DNA from: Eledone cirrhosa
Lineage: Eukaryota
Length of the DNA: 64,000 nt
Assembly (NCBI GenBank): GCA_964016885.1
Contig: OZ024742.1
Span: 11,718,001-11,782,000 of the forward strand
Direction of reading: 5' to 3'
Shown here: positions 45,004-56,215 of the stretch, one piece after another
Numbering within the stretch: position 1 is the stretch's first letter
Layout of the letters: the number at the start of each line of letters is the position of its first letter
Position numbers and translations under genes: made by a program
Notes under the pieces: generated by a model
What the model was told of the DNA's origin: nothing
The model's database searches: none
What the model saw: the letters and a program-made list of their open reading frames with translations, nothing else

Positions 45004-48000
45004 AATTCCAGAACGTTAATTCCAGAACGTTAATACCAGAACGTTAATTCCAGAACGTTAATTCCAGAAAGTTAATTCCAGAACGTTAATTCCAGAAAGT
45101 TATTTCCAGAACATTAATTCCAGTACGTTAATTCAGAGAACGTTAATTCCAGAACGTTAATTCCGGAAAGTTATTTCCAGATCATTAATTTCAGAACGTA
45201 AATTCCAGAACGTTTATTCCAGAACGTTAATTCCAGAACGTTAATTCCAGAACGTTAATTCCAGAACGTTAATTCCAGAACGTTAATTCCAGAACATTTA
45301 TTCCAGAACGTTACTTCCAGAACGTTAATTCCAGAAAGTTAATTCCAGAACGTTAATTCCAGAACATTTATTCCAGAACGTTAATTCCAGAACGTTAATT
45401 CCAGAATGTTTATGCCAAAATGTTAATTCCAAAACATTAATTCCAGAACGTTAATTCCAGAAAGTTAATTCCAGTAGATTAATTCATGAACGTTAATTCC
45501 AGAAAGTCAATTCCAGAATGTTAATTCCAGAACGTTAATTCCAGAAAGTTAATTCCAGAACGTTTATTCCAGAACGTTAATTCCAGAATGTTAATTCCAG
45601 AACATTAATTCCAGAACGTTAATTCCAGAACGTTAATTCAAGAACGTTAATTCCAGAACGTTGATTCCAGAACGTTAATTCCAGAAAGTTAATTCCAGAA
45701 CGTTAATTCAAGAACGTTAATTCCAGAACGTTGATTCCAGAACGTTAATTCCAGAAAGTTAATTCCAGAACTTTAATTCCAGAACATTTATTCCAGAACG
45801 TTAATTCCAGATCGTCAATTCCAGAACGTTAATTCAAGAACGTTAATTCCAGAACGTTGATTCCAGAACGTTAATTCCAGAAAGTTAATTCCAGAACGTT
45901 AATTCCAGAACGTTAATTCCAGAAAGTTAATTCCAGTAGATTAATTCATGAACGTTAATTCCAGAAAGTCAATTCCAGAATGTTAATTCCAGAACGTTAA
46001 TTCCAGAAAGTTAATTCCAGAACGTTTATTCCAGAACGTTAATTCCAGAATGTTAATTCCAGAACATTAATTCCAGAACGTTAATTCCAGAACGTTAATT
46101 CAAGAACGTTAATTCCAGAACGTTGATTCCAGAACGTTAATTCCAGAAAGTTAATTCCAGAACTTTAATTCCAGAACATTTATTCCAGAACGTTAATTCC
46201 AGATCGTCAATTCCAGAGCGTTAATTCCAGAATGTTAATTCCAGAGCGTTAATTCCAGAACGTTTATGTCAAAACGTTAATTCCAGAACGTTAATTCCAG
46301 AGCGTTTATGCCAGATCGTAAATTGCAGAAGGTTAATTACAGCACGTTAAATCCAGAACGTTAAATCCAGAACGTTAATTCCAAAAAATTAATTCCAGAA
46401 CGGTAATTCCAGAACGTCGATTCCAAAATTTATTCCCAGAATGTTAATTCCAGAAAGTTAATTCCAGAACGTTAATTCCAGAAAATTAATTCTAGAACGT
46501 TAATTCCAGAACGTTAATACCAGAAAGTTAATTCCAGAGAGTTAATTCTAGAACGTTAAGTCCAGAACGTTAATTCCAGAACGTTATTTCCAGAACGTTA
46601 ATTCCAGAAAGTTAATTCCAGTAGGTTAATTCATGAACGTTAATTCCAGAAAGTCAATTCCAGAATGTTAATTCCAGAACGTTAATTCCAGAAAGTTAAT
46701 TCCAGAACGTTTATTCCAGAACGTTAATTCCAGAATGTTAATTCCAGAACATTAATTCCAGAACGTTAATTCCAGAACATTAATTCAAGAACCTTAATTC
46801 CAGAACGTTGATTCCAGAACGTTAATTCCAGAAAGTTAATTCCAGAACTTTAATTTCAGAACATTTATTCCAGAACGTTAATTCCAGATCGTCAATTCCG
46901 GAGCGTTAATTCCAGAATGTTAATTCCAGAGCGTTAATTCCAGAACGTTTATGTCGAAACGTTAATTCCAGAACGTTAATTCCAGAGCGTTTAGGCCAGA
47001 TCGTAAATTGCAGAAGGTTAATTACAGCACGTTAAATCCAGAACGTTAATTCCAGAACGTTAATTCCAAAAAATTAATTCCAGAACGGTAATTCCAGAAC
47101 GTCAATTCCAAAATTTATTCCCAGAATGTTAATTCCAGAAAGTTAATTCTAGAACGTTAATTCCAGAACGTTAATACCAGAAAGTTAATTCCAGAGAGTT
47201 AATTCTAGAACGTTAAGTCCAGAACGTTAATTCCAGAACGTTATTTCCAGAACATTAATTCCAGAACGGTAATTCCAGAACGTTAATTCCAAAATTTATT
47301 ACCAGAATGTTAATTCCAGAAAGTTCATTCCAGAACGTTAATTCCAGAACGTTAATTCCAGAACATTAATTCAAGAACGTTAATTCCAGAACGTTAATTC
47401 CAGAACGGTAATTGCTGAACGTTAATTCCAGAACGTTAATTCCAGAAAGTTAATTCTGGAACGTTAAGTCCAGAACGTTAATTCCAGAACGTTTACTCGA
47501 GAACGTTAATTCCAGAACGTTAATTCCGGAACGTTAATTCCGGAACGTTAATTCCAGAACGTTAATTCCAGAACCTAAATTCCAGAAAGTTAATTCCAGA
47601 ACGTTACTTCCAGAACGTTAATTCCAGAAAATTAATTCCAGAACGCTAATTGCAGAACGTTAATTACAGAATGTTAATTCCAGAAGATTCATTCAAAAAC
47701 GTTAATTCCAGAACGTTAATTCCAGTAAGTTAATTACAGAACGTTAATTCCAGAACGTTAATTCCAGAACGTTAATTCCAGAAGGTTAATTCCAGAACGT
47801 TAATTCCAGAAAGTTAATTCAGAACGTTAATTCCAGAAAGTTAATTCCAGGACGTTAATTCCAGAACGTTAATTCCAGAAAGTTAATTCCAGAACGTTAA
47901 TTCGAGAACGTTAATTCCAGAACGTTAATTACAGAAACTTAATTCCATAACGTTAATTCCATAACGTTAATTCCAGAAAGTTATTTCTAGAACGTTAATT

Positions 48001-50711
48001 CCAGAACGTTAATTCCATAAATTAATTCCAGAAAGTTAATTCCAGAACGTTAATTCCAGAAAGTTATTTCCAGAACGTTAATTCCAGAACGTTAATTCCA
48101 GAAAGTTAATTCCAGAACGTTAATTCCAGAGAGTTAATTCCAGAACGTTAATTCCAGAACGTTAATTCCAGAAAGTTATTTCCAGAACATTAATTCCAGT
48201 ACGTTAATTCCAGAACGTTAATTCCAGAACGTTAATTCCGGAAAGTTATTTCCAGATCATTAATTTCAGAACGTTAATTCCAGAACGTTTATTCCAGAAC
48301 GTTAATTCCAGAACGTTAATTCCAGAAAGTTATTTCCAGAACATTCATTTCAGAACATTAATTCCAGAACGTTAATTCCAGAACATTAATTCCAGAACGT
48401 TAATTCGAGAACGTTAATTCCATCACGTTAATTCTAGAACATTAATTCCAGAACGTTAATTCCAGAACGTTAATTCCAGAAAGTTAATTCCGGAAAGTTA
48501 TTTCCAGATCATTAATTTCAGAACGTTAATTCCAGAACGTTTATTCCAGAACGTTAATTCCAGCACGTTAATACCAGAACGTTAATTCCAGAACGTTAAT
48601 TCCAGAAAGTTAATTCCAGAACGTTAATTCCAGAAAGTTAATTCCAGAACATTAATTCCAGTACGTTAATTCAGAGAACGTTAATTCCAGAACGTTAATT
48701 CCGGAAAGTTATTTCCAGATCATTAATTTCAGAACGTTAATTCCAGAACGTTTATTCCAGAACTTTAATTCCAGAACGTTAATTCCAGAACGTTAATTCC
48801 AGAACGTTAATTCCAGAACGTTAATTCCAGAACATTTATTCCAGAACGTTAATTCCAGAACGTTAATTCCAGAAATTTAATTCCAGAACGTTAATTCCAG
48901 AACATTTATTCCAGAACGTTAATTCCAGAAAGTTAATACCAGAACGTTAATTCCAGAACATTTATTCCAGAACGTTAATTCCAGAACGTTAATTCCAGAA
49001 TGTTTATGCCAGAACGTTAATTCCAAAACGTTAATTCCAAAACTTTAATTCCATAAAGATATTTTCAGATCATTAAATTCAGAACGTTAATTCCAGAACG
49101 TTAATTCCAGAACATTAATTCCAGAAAGTTAATTCCAGTAGGTTAATTCATGAACGTTAATTCCAGAAAGTCAATTCCAGAATGTTAATTCCAGAACGTT
49201 AATTCCAGAAAGTTAATTCCAGAACGTTAATTCCAGAACGTTAATTCCAGAAATTAATTCCAGAACGTTAATTCCAGAATTTTAATTCCAGAAGGTTAAT
49301 TCCAGATCGTTAATTCCAGAAAGTTAATTCCAGAACGTTAATTCCACAACGTTAATTCCAGAACGTTAATTCCAGAACGTTAATTACAGAACGTTAATTC
49401 CAGAACGTTAATTCCAGAAACTTAATTCCAGAAGGTTAATTCAAGAAAGTTAATTCCAGAAACTTAACTCCAGAACGTTAATTCCATAACGTTAATTCCA
49501 GAAAGTTAATTCCAGAACGTTAATTCCAGAACGTTAATTCCAGAAATTAATTCCAGAAAGTTAAATCCAGAACTTTAATTCCAGAAAGTTAATTCCAGAA
49601 CGTTAATTTCAGAACGTTAATTCCAGAAAGTTAATTCCAGAACGTTAATTCCAGACCGTTAATTCCAGAACATTAATTCCAGAACGTTAATTCCATGAAA
49701 GTTAATTCCAGAACCTTAATTCCAGAACGGTAATTCCAGAACGTTAATTCCAGAACGTTAATTCCAGAAAGTTAATTCCAGAACGTTAATTCCAGAACGT
49801 TATTTCCAGAAAGTTAATTCCAGAACGTTAATTCCGGAAAGTTAAGTCCAGAACGGTAATTCCAGAACGTTAATTCCAGAAAATTAATTCCAGAACGCTA
49901 ATTGCAGAACGTTAATTACAGAATGTTAATTCCAGAAAGTTAATTCCAGAACGTTAATTCCAGAAATTTAATTCCAGAATGTTAATTCGAGAACGTTAAT
50001 TCCAGAAGGTTAATTCCAGAACCTTAATTCCAGATCGTTAATTCCAGAACGTTAATTCCAGAAAGTTAATTACAGAACTTTAATTCCAGAAAGTTAATTC
50101 CAGAACGTTAATTCCAGAACATTCATTCCAGAACGTTAATTCCAGGACGTTAATTCCAGAAAGTTAATTCCAGAACGTTACTTCCAGAACGTTAATTCCA
50201 GAAGATTCATTCAAAAACGTTAATTCCAGAACGTTAATTCCAGAAAGTTAATTCCAGAACGTTAATTCCAGAACGTTAATTCCAGAAGGGTAATTCCAGA
50301 ACGTTAATTCCAGAAAGTTAATTCCAGGACGTTAATTCCAGAACGTTAATTCCAGAAAGTTAATTCCAGAACGTTAATTCCAGAACGTTAATTCCAGAAC
50401 GTTAATTACAGAAAGTTAATTCCAGAACGTTAATTCCAGAACGTTAATTCCAGAAATTAATTCCAGAAAGTTAATTCCAGAACGTTAATTCCAGAAAGTT
50501 AATTCCAGAACGTTAATTCCAGAACGTTAATTCCAGAACGTTAATTCCAGAAAGTTAATTCCAGAACGTTAATTCCAGAACCTTAATTCCAGAACGTTAA
50601 TTCCAGAACGTTAATTCCAGAACGTTATTTCCAGAATGTTAATTCCAGAACGTTAATTCCAGAACGTTAATTCCATAACCTTAATTCCATAACGTTACTT
50701 CGTTAATTCAA

Positions 50712-50776
50712 ACTGAGTGAGAGAATATGCTCTGAAATCATTAGACGTGTCCGTCGAACCTGTGGGTCCAGAATCA
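50712..50776. repeat. 65-bp non-satellite island, direct copy of the array's flank at 51588-51652
   Basis: actgagtgagagaatatgctctgaaatca(t/c)tagacgtgtccgtcg(a/t)acctgtgggtccagaatca occurs twice, 876 bp apart, with 2 mismatches. Confidence 0.95.
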
Positions 50777-51738
50777 ATTCCAGAACATTAATCCCAGAAC
50801 GTTAATTCCAGAACGTTAATTCCATAACGTTAATTCCAGAACATTAATTCCGGGTCGTTAATTCCAGAACGTTAATTCCACAACGTTAATTCAAGAACGT
50901 TTATGCCAGAACGTCAATTCCAGAAAGTTATTTCCAGAACATTAATTCTAGTACGTTAATTCCAGAACGTTTATTCCAGAACGTTAATTCCAGAACGTTA
51001 ATTCCAGAACGTTAATTCCAGAAAGTTAATTCCAGAACATTAATTCCAGAACGTTAATGCCAAAACGTTTATTCCTGAAAGTTATTTTTAGATCATTAAT
51101 TTCAGAACGTTAATTCCAGAACATTTATTCCAGAACGCTAATTCCAGAACGTTAATTCTAAAACGTTAATACCAGAAAGTTAATTCCAGAACGTTAATTC
51201 CAGAAAGTTAATTCCAGGACGTTAATTCCAGAACGTTAATTCCAGAAAGTTAATTCCAGAATGTTAATTCCAGAACGTTAATTCCAGAACGTTAATTACA
51301 GAAACTTAATTCCAGAACGTTAATTCAAGAAAGTTAATTCCAGAAACTTAATTCCAGAACGTTAATTCCATAACGTTAATTCCAGAAAGTTAATTCCAGA
51401 ACGTTAATTCCAGAACGTTAATTCCAGAAATTAATTCCAGAAAGTTAATTCCAGAACATTAATTCGAGAAAGTTAATTCCAGAACGTTAATTCCAGAACG
51501 TTAATTCCAGAACGTTAATTCCAGAACGTTAATTCCAGAAAGTTAATTCCAGAACGTTAATTCCATAACCTTAATTCGTTAATTCTCACTGAGTGAGAGA
51601 ATATGCTCTGAAATCACTAGACGTGTCCGTCGTACCTGTGGGTCCAGAATCAGACAGATCCACACAATGATCGCGTCTCGAGCCGTCCGTCGGGGAAACA
51701 ATTGTAACACAATAAATCGATTTCAGATGCTTCACTTA

Positions 51739-51791
51739 TTCATGTGAACTTAATGGTATAAGCTGGAGTTTTACCATTAAGTTCCCATGAA
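51739..51791. repeat. Inverted repeat/hairpin, 20-bp arms, 13-nt loop
   Basis: ttcatgtgaacttaatggta (51739-51758) pairs with taccattaagttcccatgaa (51772-51791), 19/20 match. Confidence 0.9.
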
Positions 51792-51822
51792 GATATGTCG
51801 CTATCTTAACCCCAATTATTAT

Positions 51823-51965
51823 ATTTTATCTGCCCAATGAGTACTTAAATATTAGTACCCTTGAAATAATTATAATAAAATAAATATGGTTTCATAAAGA
51901 TATTTCCCATTCATTAATATTATTGATATCATTCTCCAGATAAATTGTGTTGAGTGCTTCTAATC
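51823..51965. mobile_element. Diverged copy of the AT-rich repeat that forms the inverted arms at 52655-54391 and 55468-55699
   Basis: attttatctg...agtacccttgaaataattataataaaataaatatggtttcataaa...ctccaga...gagtgct aligns by eye with 55606-55730 in the same orientation. Confidence 0.65.
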
Positions 51966-52021
51966 TGCTTTAAAATTAACTTTGTTGAATAATCAGCAAA
52001 CCCTATAACTCTTTGTTTATT

Positions 52022-52164
<143 letters not shown>

Positions 52165-52367
52165 CATAAATCATCTCCTTAGAATGTTGAAAATTGCAAA
52201 CTTGACTGTCACCACACATTATGAACCTGAAGATTGCGAAAGCATGAAAGTACTTGTTCAATTAACACTTAACATTTAATATTCTGCCATACTATTTAAT
52301 TCTAATACCATTATAAATTTTAAAGGATTGTAAGTAAAACGAGTAAATCAGACAAAGTTGGAATTCC

Positions 52368-52371
<4 letters not shown>

Positions 52372-52427
<56 letters not shown>

Positions 52428-52495
52428 ATATATATGTATATATATATGCATATATATGTATATATATATGTATAGATATATATGTATATATATGT

Positions 52496-52566
<71 letters not shown>

Positions 52567-52567
52567 T
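52372..52567. repeat. Interrupted (TA)n microsatellite
   Basis: Two pure TA runs separated by TATG-interrupted TA. Confidence 0.97.
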
Positions 52568-52654
52568 GGAAAGTTATATTTAAAATTGTTGGGTTACAAC
52601 TAGTAAATATTTATAACTGGTATAAAAGCACTCGACAAATATTTGGAGTATATT

Positions 52655-54391
52655 TACAATATTAAATAAATGGAAAACTATATTTATAAAACCATATTTA
52701 TTTCATTATATATATTTCGGGGATATCATATTAACAATATGCTATGCCTTCATCAGACAAAATACAATATAAACAGTTTTATAGACAAATAGGTTCGACA
52801 TACCGTTATAACACCGACTTCATTTGAAGAGGTTTACTCTGGCTGTGAAAAAATTTACACAGAGAGAAAGAAAAAGAGAGAAAAAGAGAGAAAAAACTAA
52901 ACATTCCTCATGAAAAATTAAGCTACCCTAAAAGCTGATGCTCCAAATTTTTGAATAAACCTTACACTAGATAAACTTCTATATTAAATATAAGAACATA
53001 TATAGACCTAATTGGACATCATAATCTTTTTGAAATGATCTTTGCTAGATGTGATTTGATGGATAATTTTTGGCTTTGTCTTGTAAAGAACTTGGCAATA
53101 TATTGTCAATTAACTTTGAAGGGTTGATCTTTGTGGTGTATTTTTATTTTTATTTTTATTTTTATTTTTATTTTTATTTTTATTTTTATTTTTATTTTTA
53201 TTATTGTAATATTCTATAATATTTTTTATTTTTTATTTTTATTGTATTTTTAATATCTTTAATATGTAAATTTTTAATACGTAATATTTTTTAATACGTA
53301 GTATGCTTAATATATAATATTTTTATTATATAATATTCTTTCGTAATATTTTTATTTTTTAATTTTTTTAGTGTTCTATTCTATATTTTTACTTATTATT
53401 ATTATTGTTATGTTTTTATTTTTAGTTTTGTTTATGATATATATTTATATTAGTATATTGAAATCTGCTCTCTACTTCTGCTTGATAGATAATCTGGTAG
53501 AGTAATGACATGAATAATAATACACATATTTGTATGCTCAAATGTTTATACCACATTGAGAACGTTTTCCGTGAACTTAGAGTTTTGTAGAGTGAATCAG
53601 TTAGATTCGCATGGATGTTTGTAGCTGTCACATAAACATATGAATTTTTTTTAAAACTAAACATAAGATAATTAATTTTCACACATTATAGATACTTGTC
53701 TCATTCAGGAATACTGATATTTACAATATAGTGGAAGTTTTATAAATATTAATACATTAAAACATAGGGTTTTTACGCCTCGAATATATCTGGCTATTTT
53801 TAAATTTTTTTCTCTCGCTATTTTTTCCTCTCTCTATATTTTTTTTTTCCTCTCCTCTCTCTCTATTTTTTTCTCTCTATATATATCTCCCTTACATTAA
53901 TACTTGAGCTAAATAAATAAATAAATAAATAAACGTATCATTGATACATTTACTCAAAATGACCTCCCACTACCTAATTTTCTATATATATATATGTATC
54001 TATCTCTATTTCCTCTCTCTCTATATATATATATATCTCTTTCTGTTTCTTTACATGAAGTTCTTCGCTTTATCTATCTTTCCATCTCTCTATTTTGTTC
54101 CATGCATTTCCTCTTTCTCTTCTTTTTCTTCCTTTTCTTCGTTTTCTGTCTTTCTTTCTGTTTTCTCTCTTTTTCTTTCTCTCTGTGTAAAATTTTTTCA
54201 CAGCCAGAGTAAACCTCTTCAAATGAAGTCGGTGTTATAACGGTATGTCGAACCTATTTGTCTATAAAACTCTTTATATTGTATTTTGTCTGATGAAGGC
54301 ATAGCATATTGTTAATATGATATCCCCGAAATATATATAATGAAATAAATATGGTTTTATAAATATAGTTTTCCATTTATTTAATATTGTA
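52655..54391. mobile_element. Foldback/non-autonomous DNA-transposon-like structure with ~230-bp inverted arms
   Basis: 52655-52884 is the reverse complement of 54161-54391 (one substitution and one 1-bp indel seen), with TA at both outer ends. The interior is AT-rich and low-complexity with no recognisable transposase. Confidence 0.75.
53139..53245. repeat. (TTTTTA)n microsatellite and degenerate continuation
   Basis: About ten perfect TTTTTA units followed by degenerate T-rich copies. Confidence 0.9.
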
Positions 54392-54815
54392 TATATACAT
54401 ATATATATATATATATCATAAAACATGTCTATAGAATCACAAGATAAAATATATGCCATTTCCTCTCCCAATTAGTATAATTAACTATATAAAAAATCGA
54501 ATAGACCAGGCTATAAGAATTAGGCTTCTATGAAGAAATCTCCGACAAATAACCGAAACTAGCCCTTCGCGTCGGCCGCAACGGAATATTTATCGAATAT
54601 TTCGACAGCGTAATCGCCCAGATACAGTCAACTAAACAGAATTAGGTGTAAAATAAACTAGGAGAAAATAGAATACATTTAAAGACCTCTACCATGGTTT
54701 CCTCCGCATTTTGAGTTTTTCAGTAATTATGTAATAATTATATAAACTCGAGCACCGGATTCATCAGGAAATTTGCTCTTATCTAGACACTCAATTTTCC
54801 AAAGTGATCGCGCCA

Positions 54816-54818
<3 letters not shown>

Positions 54819-54853
<35 letters not shown>
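54819..54853. repeat. (TA)n microsatellite
   Basis: Pure TA run. Confidence 0.95.
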
Positions 54854-54855
<2 letters not shown>

Positions 54856-54933
54856 CGAAGGAGATGTGGTAAGGAACCAGATGGACCATAACGCACCGGA
54901 GTACTCAATAATTAATGTAGTAGTGTGGGTAAT

Positions 54934-55061
54934 AGGAAAAAGTATGACCCCGACGGGAGATCTCAAGCCGTTTCGCGGCTATTTCTGGACTTCAGAAATT
55001 TCTGAGTCCAGAAATAGCCTTCAAAACGGCTTGAGCTCTGCCGTCGGGGTCATACTTTTTC

Positions 55062-55063
<2 letters not shown>
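54934..55063. repeat. 130-bp spacerless imperfect palindrome (hairpin MITE-like)
   Basis: aggaaaaagtatgaccccgacgg...tctcaagccgttt...ggctatttctggacttcagaaa|tttctgagtccagaaatagcc...aaacggcttgag...ccgtcggggtcatactttttcct; the arms pair throughout with a few mismatches and bulges. Confidence 0.92.

Positions 55064-55116
<53 letters not shown>
55062..55116. repeat. Compound (CT)n(TA)n microsatellite
   Basis: Directly visible. Confidence 0.93.
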
Positions 55117-55467
55117 GGAGATGAATACATTGGGTATTATACAAGTTTCTTGCCAATTGCGAAGAAGATCGATACATTAACCCCTTAGGAATGGGCGCAG
55201 AGCATAATGTTTTTTAATTATATATCTACAACGGCGGTGGTACTGTGGAGGAAGGCATGCCCCCCCCCCTCCTATAATTATATTTTCTCCCCAAACTACT
55301 AAAACACACGTCTATTTAGATACGTGCTACACTTTATGAACATGTTATGTTTATCGCATATCGAAGATTTCTGACCATTTTAGAGTGCAAAGAGCTACAC
55401 TAATCACTAGAACATTGCTCACCCACCACCAATTGAGAAATGCTTCCACTGCCCCTCTATATATATA

Positions 55468-55699
55468 CAATGATATTAAATAAATGGAAACTATATTTAT
55501 AAAACTATATTTATTCTATTATATATATTTCAAAAGGAAAATTCAACTAAGGTATGTTTCCTTGGCTATGTCAACATTTATAAAACAGACTTTGTATTTT
55601 ATCTGATGAAAGCGTACCTAGTTTTTGGTACTCTTGAAATATATATAATAGAATAAATATGGTTTTATAAATATAGTTTCCATTTATTTAATATCATTG
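55468..55699. mobile_element. 232-bp MITE-like element with 66-bp inverted arms, same family as the 52655-54391 arms
   Basis: caatgatattaaataaatggaaactatatttataaaactatatttattctattatatatatttcaa (55468-55533) is the reverse complement of 55634-55699 with one mismatch, and shares atattaaataaatggaaa(a)ctatatttataaaac with the larger element. Confidence 0.75.
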
Positions 55700-55769
55700 A
55701 ATATTTGCTCCAGAAACTTGTCGAGTGCTCTGAATCAGTTTTTCCGACAAATTAAATATCCCCGCTACT

Positions 55770-55832
<63 letters not shown>

Positions 55833-56130
55833 ATACACTCAGACACACAGCAGTGGTGGTGTAGAGGAGTGTGAAACGGATAGTATAAGTATCAACTATT
55901 CCCAAGTGACATACGAGACCATTAGTGTGTGTGTGTGCGTGTGTTTGTGTGTGTAGGTGTGTGTGTGTGTGTATGTGTGTGAAACGGGTGGTATAAGTTT
56001 CAACTATTCCCAAGTGACATACGAGACCTTCAGAGTTGTGTGTGTGTGTCTGTAGGTGTGTATGTGTGTGTATGTGTGTATGTGTGTGTGTATGTGTGTA
56101 TGTATGTGAGACGGGTGACACACGACACCA
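55770..56130. repeat. (TG)n-rich compound repeat containing two copies of a 52-bp unique unit
   Basis: gtgtgaaacgg..gtataagt.tcaactattcccaagtgacatacgagacc at 55869-55920 and 55977-56028, separated and flanked by TG runs; a truncated relative lies at ~56106-56130. Confidence 0.88.
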
Positions 56131-56215
56131 TCAGAGGCCAACAGTCTGAGATCGAATCAAGGTCACGGAGTAAACGTGAGAATTGTCAGATTTTCTCAAG
56201 ATTTACATTTGAGAT

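Larger units (their letters stand above)
1..51585. repeat. 14-bp tandem satellite array, consensus AACGTTAATTCCAG (about 3,680 monomers, open at left edge of window)
   Basis: Continuous head-to-tail copies in one orientation with point variants (gaaagtt, gaacatt, gaatgtt, gtttatt, gttattt) and rare 13/15/16-bp monomers. The only non-satellite interruption seen is 50712-50776. TTAA in nearly every monomer puts stops on both strands, so no ORFs. Confidence 0.99.

Noticed and set aside
1-51585. CRISPR array or information-storing repeat-spacer system
   Set aside because: Monomers are contiguous with no unique spacers, there are no cas genes, and the context is eukaryotic; the variation is explained by point mutation plus block duplication.
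1-51585. Telomeric repeat or STAT (GAS) site array
   Set aside because: No G-rich telomere-type strand or TTAGGG, and too many variants for telomerase synthesis; TTC-GAA spacing is 2 nt, not the 3-4 nt of GAS elements.
53422-55117. Short ORFs inside and beside the inverted-repeat element (possible transposase remnants)
   Set aside because: No DDE/HTH or other recognisable motif; mostly low-complexity CT/TA sequence or the palindrome, several with non-ATG starts.
55229-55456. Possible small TIR element (aacggcggtggta ... ttccactgcccct)
   Set aside because: The end match is short and imperfect with no clear target-site duplication.
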